Shown here: one piece after another, positions 24,812 through 34,369 of the stretch
How the letters are laid out: each line of letters starts with the position of its first letter
Position numbering within the stretch: the stretch's first letter is position 1
Assembly: GCA_965197745.1 (NCBI GenBank)
Contig: CBDANS010000006.1
Coordinates: forward strand, 992,001-1,056,000
From: Opitutales bacterium
Lineage (GTDB): Bacteria > Verrucomicrobiota > Verrucomicrobiia > Opitutales > PNEW01
Direction: 5' to 3'
DNA: 64,000 nt
Notes under the pieces: model-generated
Told to the model about the DNA's origin: nothing
The model's database searches: none
The model's input: the letters and a program-made list of their open reading frames with translations, nothing else
Made by a program: the position numbers and the translations under genes

Positions 24812-25792
24812 TTATTGGATAAGTCCCGCGTAGAGGAAAGCCCCGTAGACGAAAACGAAAAACCCTCCCATAAATCGGGGAAGTCGTCCGAATCCCGCGA
24901 CGAATAAAAAGTGGATTGCCGTCGAGGCGAGAATAAATACGATTCCAATCTTAAAGAAACCTGGTGTTTCAATGGGGCCGAAGAGGCAGAATATTCCTAA
25001 ACAAAGGGGTATGCATATATGCCCGTCACCCACCTGAGAGCTGTAAACGACGTCGGGTTGTCGCTTCCACCCATAGTATAGAGCGAGTAGGGCGTTTGGT
25101 AAAACCATCAGCCATCCGCTTAACCACCCCAGCTTCTCATTGCTGATAAAACCGGATTCCATATTTGAAATCCATGCGACCAGCCCTTCAATACTCACAT
25201 ACAGGGCATAGGTTCCGACGCCGAGCAGACAGAGATCGACAATGATAATCCATTGAAAGGATTTATTCTCCCGGACATTTGTTTTTAATACCTCGAAAAT
25301 ATGAAAGCACTGCCAGAAGACAAAAATACCGATCAAGACCAGACCGTCCCCAAAGTCGAGTAATCCGTCACGGGCGAGTGCCCAGACAGCACCACTGAAA
25401 AAAAAGATGGCGGTCATCGTAAAGAGAAGTGAAAGCCGGTTGATACTGTATTGTTGGGCTTCGCGCTTGGCTACCCGCTTCTTATCAGGGAGGACGGACA
25501 TCCCCCAGAACAATGCGGGCAAGCCGATGAGCAGGGTCAAATTCGTTACGTTGTTGACGAGACAGTTCACCATAATCTCTCGTCCCGGTCCTCCGGCAAT
25601 GCCGAGCACAAACACAAAAATGAGATTACCCACACCGGAGCAGTAAGGCATAACGAGCGTTCCGAGAACCGTCCCTTCCACACCTCTACCCGTCATTACC
25701 TCGAGGCGCCAGATCATAAGAAAGGACCCAGCGAGAAAAAGGCCTAGGAGAATCCAGGGTGAACCCAGTAGAACATCAATCGAGACTGGCAT
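24812..25792 (-). CDS. Sodium/calcium antiporter-like (CaCA) membrane protein; start re-assigned to ATG 25792
   Basis: About 10 TM helices, two internal repeats (GTLVMPYCSG..N; GWLMVLPN...SSQVGD). Confidence 0.65.
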   Translation of the reverse strand: MPVSIDVLLGSPWILLGLFLAGSFLMIWRLEVMTGRGVEGTVLGTLVMPYCSGVGNLIFVFVLGIAGGPGREIMVNCLVNNVTNLTLLIGLPALFWGMSVLPDKKRVAKREAQQYSINRLSLLFTMTAIFFFSGAVWALARDGLLDFGDGLVLIGIFVFWQCFHIFEVLKTNVRENKSFQWIIIVDLCLLGVGTYALYVSIEGLVAWISNMESGFISNEKLGWLSGWLMVLPNALLALYYGWKRQPDVVYSSQVGDGHICIPLCLGIFCLFGPIETPGFFKIGIVFILASTAIHFLFVAGFGRLPRFMGGFFVFVYGAFLYAGLIQ

Positions 25793-25974
25793 AAAACAGG
25801 GGCGGGTTGCTTGTTGGGATGGTATAGTGCTTCTCCATTGCTGAGTCAACGTAAGCTGCCATCACTTGTGCCGCAGTTCGATGAAAAAATAAATCTTCCA
25901 ATTGCCATATGTGTAATGTAAACCTGCACAATCTTTTTTTAAAATTATCCCATTCCACAACAAGGAGGAATACA

Positions 25975-26367
25975 ATGCCCGTAATAAGGACCAGCGAAAG
26001 TTCACTTAAGGCTACCAATCGCCCGGAAGGATGCGATAAAACATCCGCAGGAGTATTCCGCGTATTGACGACGGATGGTAAATTTGACTGTCACTATCAC
26101 GATTGTGACGAGTACTGGCTCATCTTCAAAGGTAAGGCAAAAATTCTCAGCGAAGGGAAAGAATATTACGTGAAACCGGGTGACATTGTTTTCACCAGGG
26201 CGGGAGATGAACATGATGTCATCGAAATTTATGAAGACCTGGAAGCTTTCTATTTTGAGGACGCTACTCCCGAAGGCGGAAGGATTGGCCATTTGCATAA
26301 AACCGAGGATAAAGCACACAGGCATGATGTTTCCGTCAGACCTCTACCCGCCGACTTCCCTGCTTAA
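25975..26367 (+). CDS. Cupin-domain protein
   Basis: HYHDCDEYW and PGD.....G.EH cupin motifs; AGGAGG RBS before ATG 25975. Confidence 0.85.
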   Translation: MPVIRTSESSLKATNRPEGCDKTSAGVFRVLTTDGKFDCHYHDCDEYWLIFKGKAKILSEGKEYYVKPGDIVFTRAGDEHDVIEIYEDLEAFYFEDATPEGGRIGHLHKTEDKAHRHDVSVRPLPADFPA

Positions 26368-26402
26368 TATTAAATTAAACGCATAAATAAAGTTCATTCA
26401 AT

Positions 26403-27467
26403 ATGGGTAAACCACATCGCTATATTATTGTAGGAACTGCCGGTAAGGGTGGAGATTGGTGTAGATCAACACTCCCCCGTCTTGCTGAATTAGGGAAAGC
26501 AATCCCCGCGGCGGCCGTCGATATCAACCCGGATCATTTACAAAATGCAAAAGAACACCTGGGGCTATCGCCGGATCTGTGTTTTACTGATATAAATACC
26601 GCCTTCGATAAGGTAAAAGCGGACTTCGCCATTGTTGTCACCCCACCCGAATTCCACGAGGTCGTCGTCGATGCCGCACTTGCCCATGATATGGACATCC
26701 TCTCGGAAAAACCGATCGCTGATAAGATGGAAACCTGTTGCCGTATTTATAAAAACGTCACCTCTGCGGGAAAAAAAATGGCGGTGACCATGAGTCACCG
26801 ATTCGATCAGGATAAACAATCGTTAGAAGACGTCGTGCATAGCGGAGACTATGGGCCCCTGGATTATGTGATTGGACGATTCACCATGGCCTTGCGGAAA
26901 TTCGGGGCTTGGGGCGCAAGTTTTCGTCATGAAATGGTCGACCCGCTGCTCATTGAAGGGACAGTGCACCATTTTGACATCTTTCGCGGGCTGACTAAAT
27001 CAGACTGCGAGACTGTTTACACCGTCGGCTGGAATCCCCCGTGGGGTGAATACGGTGGTGATAGCCTGGCGCTGATTACGATGAAAATGAAAAACGGCGT
27101 GAAGTGCTTCTGGGAGGGCGCTAATTGCAATGCCGTTACCCTGAACGGTTGGACTAAGGATTATCTGCGTGCTGAATGCGAAAGCGGCACGCTTGAACTT
27201 GATGCCCGGAGGTTGAGGCTGCTGAATCCCCGTATTGATGGAGAGATTAGCGGAAAGGAATTGCCCCTGATCCGCGGTGAAGTCTGGAAAAACGAGTGGA
27301 TTGCGGAGATGTATTGCGATTGGCTTTCAGGAGAAAGAGATGATCATCCCTCTCGATTGGAAGATAACATCCAGTGCGTGGCTTTACTCTTCGCCGCTGT
27401 AGAATCAGCGCACACCGGACAGCCAATTAATGTTCAGGATTTCCTGCAGCAACATTTGGATAATTAG
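26403..27467 (+). CDS. Gfo/Idh/MocA-family oxidoreductase
   Basis: VTPPEFH, ILSEKPIA, VHHFD. Confidence 0.9.
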   Translation: MGKPHRYIIVGTAGKGGDWCRSTLPRLAELGKAIPAAAVDINPDHLQNAKEHLGLSPDLCFTDINTAFDKVKADFAIVVTPPEFHEVVVDAALAHDMDILSEKPIADKMETCCRIYKNVTSAGKKMAVTMSHRFDQDKQSLEDVVHSGDYGPLDYVIGRFTMALRKFGAWGASFRHEMVDPLLIEGTVHHFDIFRGLTKSDCETVYTVGWNPPWGEYGGDSLALITMKMKNGVKCFWEGANCNAVTLNGWTKDYLRAECESGTLELDARRLRLLNPRIDGEISGKELPLIRGEVWKNEWIAEMYCDWLSGERDDHPSRLEDNIQCVALLFAAVESAHTGQPINVQDFLQQHLDN

Positions 27468-27500
27468 GTGCACCACCCCTATTAAACCCCGAAACATTTC

Positions 27501-28409
27501 ATGACCCTGACCGCAATTGTTCTGATCACGGTCTCGGCTTTTCTGCATGCAGGTTGGAATACGATCAGCAAGCGCGCACATCCCACAACCGCATATTTTT
27601 TTATTGCACTCGTTATTGGGACCTCCCTTTTCTCTCCGATTCTATTCATTAATTACCGGGAAATTTTACTGTTTCCGGCTCAGGTATGGCTCCTCCTGGC
27701 GTTGACCGGTTTATGCGAAGCCATTTATTTTATCTCGCTTTCAGCTGCTTACCGCTCGGGTGATTTATCCATAGCTTATCCACTAGCCCGATCGTCTCCG
27801 GTAATTATCGTCACTATCATCACACTCTTGCTCGGGCAGAGCGATCAATTCAGTAACCAATGCATAAGTGGGGTCGTTCTCATCTTCACCGGCAGTATTG
27901 TTCTGCCCATGCGGCATTTCACTGACTTCCGTTTAAAGAATTACCTCAACCTGACCTGCCTATTTGCTCTCTGCGCAGCTTTGGGTACGGCGGGTTATTC
28001 AATAATCGATTATACCGCGTTGAAGATTTTACGTGAGACCCCGCAAATCACCCTTGGCCCACTGGGTATCGCCTTATCCTATATTGTCGTGGAATTTTTT
28101 ATCTGTGCCTTATTGCTGGGGCTATTCATACTCTTTCGCAAAGAGCGTCGTGATGATTTGCCTCAGGTATTTCGAACCAACTTCCGCGCGGTGGTCCTGA
28201 CTGGAATAGCTTTTCTCCTGCCCTACACTTTTATTCTTACGGCGATGGCTTACGTCTCAAATGTCAGTTACGTTGTCGCTCTTCGACAACTCAGTATCCC
28301 TCTGGGTGTAATCTTTGGCGTGATGTTCTTAAAAGAACCTCGATTTATTCCCAAGTTTATCGGCACTGCCATTATTTTAACAGGATTGTTTCTCGTCGCC
28401 ATGGGATAG
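27501..28409 (+). CDS. EamA/DMT-family transporter
   Basis: SAFLHAGWN, AYRSGDLSIAYPLARSSP, YVVALRQLS, LKE. Confidence 0.9.
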   Translation: MTLTAIVLITVSAFLHAGWNTISKRAHPTTAYFFIALVIGTSLFSPILFINYREILLFPAQVWLLLALTGLCEAIYFISLSAAYRSGDLSIAYPLARSSPVIIVTIITLLLGQSDQFSNQCISGVVLIFTGSIVLPMRHFTDFRLKNYLNLTCLFALCAALGTAGYSIIDYTALKILRETPQITLGPLGIALSYIVVEFFICALLLGLFILFRKERRDDLPQVFRTNFRAVVLTGIAFLLPYTFILTAMAYVSNVSYVVALRQLSIPLGVIFGVMFLKEPRFIPKFIGTAIILTGLFLVAMG

Positions 28410-28450
28410 CAAGCCTGTTGACGCGCACCCTTGAGCAAACTGTAACTCCA

Positions 28451-29215
28451 TCACAAAACGGCATACACTGCCGGAGGAAATATATCACTCACGTCACCCT
28501 CAAGGCGAAGCGAAACAGCGGGATTATCGTCGTGCTCGGTCGGGCCACGGTTAATTATGACATAAGGGACTTTTCTCCTTGAGGCCAGGAGCGGAATGGC
28601 TGCCGCAGGGTAGACGGATAGCGATGACCCCAGGGCAACCACGAGGTCTGCTTGATCCGCGGCGTTTTCCGCCGCGTCAATATCTTCACTGCGAAGGTTC
28701 TGACCAAAACTGATAGTCGCCGCTTTCAAATACCCTCCACATTCACAAAGAGGGGGCTTTGCTGTTCTCCGGAAAAAATCAAAATGGCTTTCCGGCTCAG
28801 ATCGTTGGAGACACGTTTGACACTCCACCTCGGCGTTGCTTCCGTGTAATTCAACAAGCATTGAACGTGAGGTTCCCGCCTTCTGATGTAATCCGTCAAT
28901 ATTCTGGGTTACTACACGATGCATCTTACCGGCCTTTTCCAGTTTCACAATTGTCAGGTGAACCGCGTTGGGCCGGGCGTTTTTAAAATCGTTCCACGCC
29001 TCGAGCTTATAATCCCAATGTTCGATACGCGCGCTTTCCGATCGCATGAAATCCTGGTAATAGACGGGCTGTCGCTTTGTCCATACACCCCCGGAACCAC
29101 GAAAATCGGGGATCCCGCTGTTCGTGGAAATCCCGGCCCCGGTAAAAATAAGTATTTTCCCGCTCGTTCTAAGCAGTTCGCAAAGGTGTTTGTAATCCTC
29201 TTCAACCACGTTCAC
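28451..29215 (-). CDS. cobB: Sir2-family NAD-dependent deacylase
   Basis: TGAGISTNSGIPDFRG, TQNIDGLH, ELHG, Zn cysteines, GSSL.VYPAA. Confidence 0.92.
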   Translation of the reverse strand: MNVVEEDYKHLCELLRTSGKILIFTGAGISTNSGIPDFRGSGGVWTKRQPVYYQDFMRSESARIEHWDYKLEAWNDFKNARPNAVHLTIVKLEKAGKMHRVVTQNIDGLHQKAGTSRSMLVELHGSNAEVECQTCLQRSEPESHFDFFRRTAKPPLCECGGYLKAATISFGQNLRSEDIDAAENAADQADLVVALGSSLSVYPAAAIPLLASRRKVPYVIINRGPTEHDDNPAVSLRLEGDVSDIFPPAVYAVL

Positions 29216-29218
29216 AGC

Positions 29219-30490
29219 CTATGTTGATTTGTGATTGGACACTTTAAGCAAGCAGATCCCACCCAGTAAAAACAATAGTGCCACGGCTAGCATGCCCATG
29301 CGCGGTGAACCACTCACCCTGGCTACTGTCCCCATTAAAGCAGGACCTAATAGCGCGGCAAATTTACCGACCATATTATAAAACCCAAAATAGGCGGCAG
29401 CGCGATCCGGTGGAATAATACTGGCAAAAAAAGACCGGCTGAGTGATTGGATGCTTCCCTGGACCATCCCTACAAGAAATCCAAGAATGTAGATTTCATT
29501 TATTGTTACCCCCATAATTGAGACAGGTTCAATTGAAAGGCGCGCCGCATAGAGGGTCACCCCAAGGTAAATTACAATACCCGTGAGGATTAGTTTCCTC
29601 GCTCCAAAGGACTGCCCCAACAACCCAAAAATTATGGTAAAGGGGACACCGGTAACTTGCACGATTATCAGCGTCATCATGAGATCCTTGATGGTGAAGC
29701 CCAGGCTATGGCCGAACCCTGTTGCCATCGTAATGAGGGTGTTCACGCCATCGATATAAAGCCAATAGGCAACGAGAAACCATAAAACCGTCGGTCGCTT
29801 TACAACTTCTTTTAAAATCACCCTTAATTCAATAATCCCCCCCCAAACCGCGTGCCCTATCCCTGTCTGCCGCTCACTCCGAGATTCTTTAACCGTCAAT
29901 AAAACGGGTAAACTGAAGACCATCCACCAGATGGAAACACTGAGGAATGCAACTTTTATGCCCATTGTATTATCGCTGAACCCCAAGAGTGTTGGATTAT
30001 TCACGATAACCATGTTCGCGATGAATAATAGTACGCTTCCCCCATAGCCCAAGGCAAACCCCAGGCTTGATGTGAAGTGTCGATTAGTATCATCACTGAC
30101 ATGTAGCAAAAGGGAATCATAGAAAATGTTTCCCGCCGCGAACCCGATGAAGGCCAGAATGTAAATAAAGCTGGCCAGTTGCCAGTGGCCCTTTCCCACA
30201 AAAAAAAATCCTGCTGTCGCCAGCGCTCCGAGTAGCATGAAGACACAAAGAAAAACTTTTTTGACATGTCTATGGTCGGCAATAGCGCCGAGGAACGGGG
30301 CCATCACCGCAACCAGTAAACTGGCAAAGGACACGGTGATCCCCTGCCAAAAAAGTGACTGGTCGGAACCTCCAGACCAGTAATCACGATAAAAAGGCCC
30401 AAAAAACCCGGCGATGACAATGAGGGCAAATGCCGAATTAGCCAAATCATAAAACGCCCAACTTATCGCCCCTTTGCTTAGCCGTGGCAT
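29219..30490 (-). CDS. MFS transporter (UMF1/ATG22-like)
   Basis: WAFYDLANSAF, FYDSLL, S.GFALGYGG, QSLSRSFF, FGFYNMVGKFAA. Confidence 0.88.
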   Translation of the reverse strand: MPRLSKGAISWAFYDLANSAFALIVIAGFFGPFYRDYWSGGSDQSLFWQGITVSFASLLVAVMAPFLGAIADHRHVKKVFLCVFMLLGALATAGFFFVGKGHWQLASFIYILAFIGFAAGNIFYDSLLLHVSDDTNRHFTSSLGFALGYGGSVLLFIANMVIVNNPTLLGFSDNTMGIKVAFLSVSIWWMVFSLPVLLTVKESRSERQTGIGHAVWGGIIELRVILKEVVKRPTVLWFLVAYWLYIDGVNTLITMATGFGHSLGFTIKDLMMTLIIVQVTGVPFTIIFGLLGQSFGARKLILTGIVIYLGVTLYAARLSIEPVSIMGVTINEIYILGFLVGMVQGSIQSLSRSFFASIIPPDRAAAYFGFYNMVGKFAALLGPALMGTVARVSGSPRMGMLAVALLFLLGGICLLKVSNHKST

Positions 30491-30497
30491 GATTGCA

Positions 30498-31274
30498 TCA
30501 TTGAATTTTTATCTCGACTCTTTGTCCTACCTCTAAGCCGAATTCCTTTTTTGCGTTCCCTCTATTTACCGCAATTTCCAAATAACCTCCAGAACCTTCG
30601 TAGGCAAGGGGATTGCCGTCGGCCACATTACCAAATAGTTTTGCCAGTGGAAATAAATCTTTTCCCACTAACACACGCATTTTATCAGCTTGAAACTTCT
30701 CTTCCATATCGGCGACGATGATATTAGTTATAGCATTGCCGTAGTGGTCGATGTAGACAATCTCCCCTCTCGTCTCCATCTCTTGATAATTAACTTGTGG
30801 CCAGTTCAGTGTCTCTAATTCCTCTATTCGTGGTCCAATTTCTGCGATTTTAATTCCATTGGCAAGATGCCCCGCAACGGGAGCAAAAATATCACGGCCA
30901 TGAAAAGTATGGCTGGGTCGCGCGTGGATATATTTTTGATTTTCGATCAGGTGAATTTCATAATCTCTACCCATTAAAAAAGAGAAGATACCGTTGTCAG
31001 GTCCAACCAGATAAGACTGTCCCAGGCGTATCGCAATCGCGTTTCTATCTGTTCCCACCCCAGGATCAACCACGCATAAAAAAATTGTCTGCTCGGGGAA
31101 TTCCCGAAAGCATTGAGCGAGGACGAACGCTGCCGAGCGGACATCCCCAGGCTTGATCTCATGCGTAATGTCAACACAGTTCGCGTTTGGCGAAATCCGG
31201 AGTATGCAGCCTTTCATACTGGCCACATACCAGTCTTGTCTTCCGAAATCTGTCAGGATAGCTACTGTGTTCAT
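30498..31274 (-). CDS. SAM hydrolase / SAM-dependent halogenase family (DUF62)
   Basis: LTDFG..D.YV, VVDPGVGT.R, GPDNG, TFHGRDIFAP, ID.YGN. Confidence 0.92.
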   Translation of the reverse strand: MNTVAILTDFGRQDWYVASMKGCILRISPNANCVDITHEIKPGDVRSAAFVLAQCFREFPEQTIFLCVVDPGVGTDRNAIAIRLGQSYLVGPDNGIFSFLMGRDYEIHLIENQKYIHARPSHTFHGRDIFAPVAGHLANGIKIAEIGPRIEELETLNWPQVNYQEMETRGEIVYIDHYGNAITNIIVADMEEKFQADKMRVLVGKDLFPLAKLFGNVADGNPLAYEGSGGYLEIAVNRGNAKKEFGLEVGQRVEIKIQ

Positions 31275-31351
31275 AATGATTAATGTTATAAATAGATTAT
31301 AACATCTTTAATGAACATTAAACATGGCGGGATTAATGCGCGGCCGTTATT

Positions 31352-32635
31352 TTATCCTTTTATCTGGTTATAAATTCTACCGCCGATAAAGCGCGCTTCA
31401 TTCTCAAGTTGACGCTGGATTCTCAGGACTTCATTCCATTTAACGGTTCTTTCACTTCTCGCGAAAGATCCTGCTTTCAATTGACCTGCATTCGTAGCGA
31501 CAGCGAGATGATCAATAAAGGTGTCTTCTGTCTCCCCAGATCTCCCGGAAACTACCGGGAGCCATCCGGCTTCTTGCGTGCGTTTAATACAGGCAAGAGT
31601 CTCGGTAACCGTCCCAATCTGATTGAGCTTAATCAAGACACTGTTGGCTATACTTTCACTGATGCCTTTTTCAATCCGCTTTATATTCGTCGTAAACAAG
31701 TCGTCACCGATAATCTGAATCTTTTTCCCCATGGCGTGCGTGAACCGAGCCCATCCCTCCCAGTCATTTTCGGCAAGAGGGTCTTCGATTGAAACAATTG
31801 GATATTCTTCACACCATTTAACCATAAGATCACAAAATTCTGCGGAGGAATACGTTTTATTTTCCAACCCCAACTTATAACTTCCCTCAATAAAAAATTC
31901 CGTCGCCGCGATATCAAGCGATAGAGCGATATCCTTACCCGCATCATAGCCGGCTTCATTAATCGCATTGAGAAGCACGACAAAGACTTCTTCATTAGAT
32001 TCAAACACCGGCCAGTACCCTCCTTCGTCGGCCAGTCCAGCCAGCTTTCCTTTTTCTTTCATCAGACGTCCCGTATGATGATAGACATTAAAGGTCATCT
32101 CCATACATTCCTCATAGGATTCTGCCCCCACACAAATTATCATAAAATCCTGCACATCGATTCTCCCGGAACTGTGCGCACCTCCACCGAATATTTGAAT
32201 TTCTGGAATGGGAAGAAGGTTTCCCTTACCCTTGCCGAGGTAATAATAGAGCGGTTCATTCAAAGTCCTGGCGGCGGCACAAGTTGCAGCCATAGAAACT
32301 CCCAGTATGGCGTTCGCTCCCAGACGGCTTTTATTATCTGTGCCATCTAGATCGATCATTGTTTCATCAATCGTCCTCTGTTCGACGATATCTACTCCTT
32401 TTAAAACATGGTCAATTTCCGTATTCACATTTTCAACAGCTTTGAAAACCGATCGCCCAAGAAACAGTTCAGGGTTCATATCACGCAACTCAAGCGCTTC
32501 AAAGGATCCCGTCGAGGCCCCCGAGGGGACAATGGCCGACCCTCGAACTCCATTATTCAGGACCACGTCCACCTCCACCGTAGGATTTCCACGGGAGTCA
32601 TAAACCTGAAATGCTGAAATTTTATCTATTTGCAT
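31352..32635 (-). CDS. Enolase-family protein, divergent paralogue
   Basis: DSRGNPTVE, VPSGASTG, DEGG, IEDP, GDDL, IKLNQIG; non-canonical QDF and SGRSGETED. Confidence 0.9.
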   Translation of the reverse strand: MQIDKISAFQVYDSRGNPTVEVDVVLNNGVRGSAIVPSGASTGSFEALELRDMNPELFLGRSVFKAVENVNTEIDHVLKGVDIVEQRTIDETMIDLDGTDNKSRLGANAILGVSMAATCAAARTLNEPLYYYLGKGKGNLLPIPEIQIFGGGAHSSGRIDVQDFMIICVGAESYEECMEMTFNVYHHTGRLMKEKGKLAGLADEGGYWPVFESNEEVFVVLLNAINEAGYDAGKDIALSLDIAATEFFIEGSYKLGLENKTYSSAEFCDLMVKWCEEYPIVSIEDPLAENDWEGWARFTHAMGKKIQIIGDDLFTTNIKRIEKGISESIANSVLIKLNQIGTVTETLACIKRTQEAGWLPVVSGRSGETEDTFIDHLAVATNAGQLKAGSFARSERTVKWNEVLRIQRQLENEARFIGGRIYNQIKG

Positions 32636-33626
32636 AGTCTGCTAACCGCGTCACCCACCCTTGATGTATTGATACCATCTGATAATCATTACCCGGTAAC
32701 AGGTCATGGACAAAGGCACGAACATATTCTTTTTTCTCTTCATTTCCCGCGAAATACTCTACCGGTGATTTGCCATCAATGCGCGCCAGCATGAGCATAA
32801 GAAGCAGCCGCCCGGTGCGCAGCTCTAACGCTTCCCGGTTGTCTCCACTAAAATCGTTGAAATAACAGGTTAATACTTCGAGGCAAAGGGGAAGGCATTC
32901 ATCATACCGTTCTGCCCATAAGAGCGACTTCAGGTAAAGGTGGTTTAAAAGAAAAGCTAAATCAAATGCGGGATCACCATACCAGGCAACCTCCTGATCG
33001 AGAATGATAAATCTATCCTGCCCGGCCATCATATTTTTAGGACTGTAATCTCCATGGACTAAAGCTTCACGCCATCCCTTGAGTCGCTTCGCCTCCTCTT
33101 GAAAAAAAGCGCGGAGATCTGGATTTCGGTCTCCCGCGGTTACCAGATAGGGATCAATTCTTGTTGCGTTAAAACTGTCGGACGTCTGAAAAATTCTGGC
33201 GGCCTCCTTGTCATGATGAGAATGTTTATGAATCGCCGCCAGTATTTGCGCGGCCCGTTGCGCAGCTTTGACGCTGAAAATACCCTGGAGTAATTCTGAT
33301 TTCCAATTGTGGTAGCTCGCATCCAAATATTCCATAGCGAAAAATCCCAGTTCATGATTGGTGGCCAGTATTTTCGGCATGCAATCGGGGAGTATTTTTC
33401 TCACATAGTAAATGTACTCCTGTTCCACCTTATTGCGCGAAGTATCCGCATACCACTCATCCTTAACCCTTAGTTTGGCCAGCGCCTGCTTGATAACAAC
33501 TTTATGGGTGCCGTCATCAATGAGAAAAATATCGCTGGATACGCCTCCGGTCATTAGCGTAATGACATGTTCCCCCCCGGTAATAATCTTCTTATCTACC
33601 AGATAATGGATAATATCATCAGTCAT
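32622..33626 (-). CDS. APH/methylthioribose-kinase-like phosphotransferase
   Basis: GGVSS, VIKQAL.KLRV, LVHGDYSPKN, D.E.A.YGDPAFD. Confidence 0.85.
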   Translation of the reverse strand: MTDDIIHYLVDKKIITGGEHVITLMTGGVSSDIFLIDDGTHKVVIKQALAKLRVKDEWYADTSRNKVEQEYIYYVRKILPDCMPKILATNHELGFFAMEYLDASYHNWKSELLQGIFSVKAAQRAAQILAAIHKHSHHDKEAARIFQTSDSFNATRIDPYLVTAGDRNPDLRAFFQEEAKRLKGWREALVHGDYSPKNMMAGQDRFIILDQEVAWYGDPAFDLAFLLNHLYLKSLLWAERYDECLPLCLEVLTCYFNDFSGDNREALELRTGRLLLMLMLARIDGKSPVEYFAGNEEKKEYVRAFVHDLLPGNDYQMVSIHQGWVTRLADYANR

Positions 33627-33728
33627 TGCTTGGTGCTTCTCATGATCGGCGCCATTATTATACTTTTAACGGCTTGTCTTAAGACGCTAACCCTGAAAAA
33701 TAAACGCCCTTAGTCAAAATTAATAATA

Positions 33729-34304
33729 GTGAAACGTTCTGAAATCAACCTGGCTTACCTTCAGGCCAAATCATGTTTTGAAAAGAATGGATGGGCTTTG
33801 CCCCCCCAGCCTAAATGGGATATCACCGACTGCGGCCTGAGGGATTTCGAGCACTGCGGCTTGGTTCTTATAAACCTGGCGGAAGAGCCGGAGTATTGTG
33901 AAAAACTTATGTATCAGCATCATCGCCAAAAATGCCCTGCGCATTGTCATAAAAAGAAGAAAGAGGACATCATCTGCCGTCAAGGCGAGCTTGCCCTTGT
34001 CTTATGGCCGCGACACCCCAAGGACAGCGCCGAGGGCGAATCTTTTACCGCTAAAATTAATGGAGAATCGCGTGAAATAGTTGCGGGGGAAGAGGTCGTA
34101 TTAAACCCGGGTGAAAGGATCACTCTCTTCCCCGGTATTTATCACGAATTTTTCCCGTTGAGCGATGAATGTATAATGGGGGAAGTCTCTACCGCTAACG
34201 ATGATTTACATGATAATTTTTATGTGAATCCTGATATTGGCCGCTTCCCCGCGGTTGAAGAAGATGAAACGCCCCTGATCCATCTTCTTTCCGATTCCTC
34301 ATAA
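33729..34304 (+). CDS. D-lyxose/D-mannose-family sugar isomerase (cupin)
   Basis: MKRSEIN, YCEKLM, P.HCH..KKEDII, GEVSTANDD..DN.Y. Confidence 0.9.
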   Translation: MKRSEINLAYLQAKSCFEKNGWALPPQPKWDITDCGLRDFEHCGLVLINLAEEPEYCEKLMYQHHRQKCPAHCHKKKKEDIICRQGELALVLWPRHPKDSAEGESFTAKINGESREIVAGEEVVLNPGERITLFPGIYHEFFPLSDECIMGEVSTANDDLHDNFYVNPDIGRFPAVEEDETPLIHLLSDSS

Positions 34305-34369
34305 ATAATATATCGCGGTTGTGAGAAAGCGCGGGACTCGCGCAATGGGTGTTGAGGATATATATAAGA

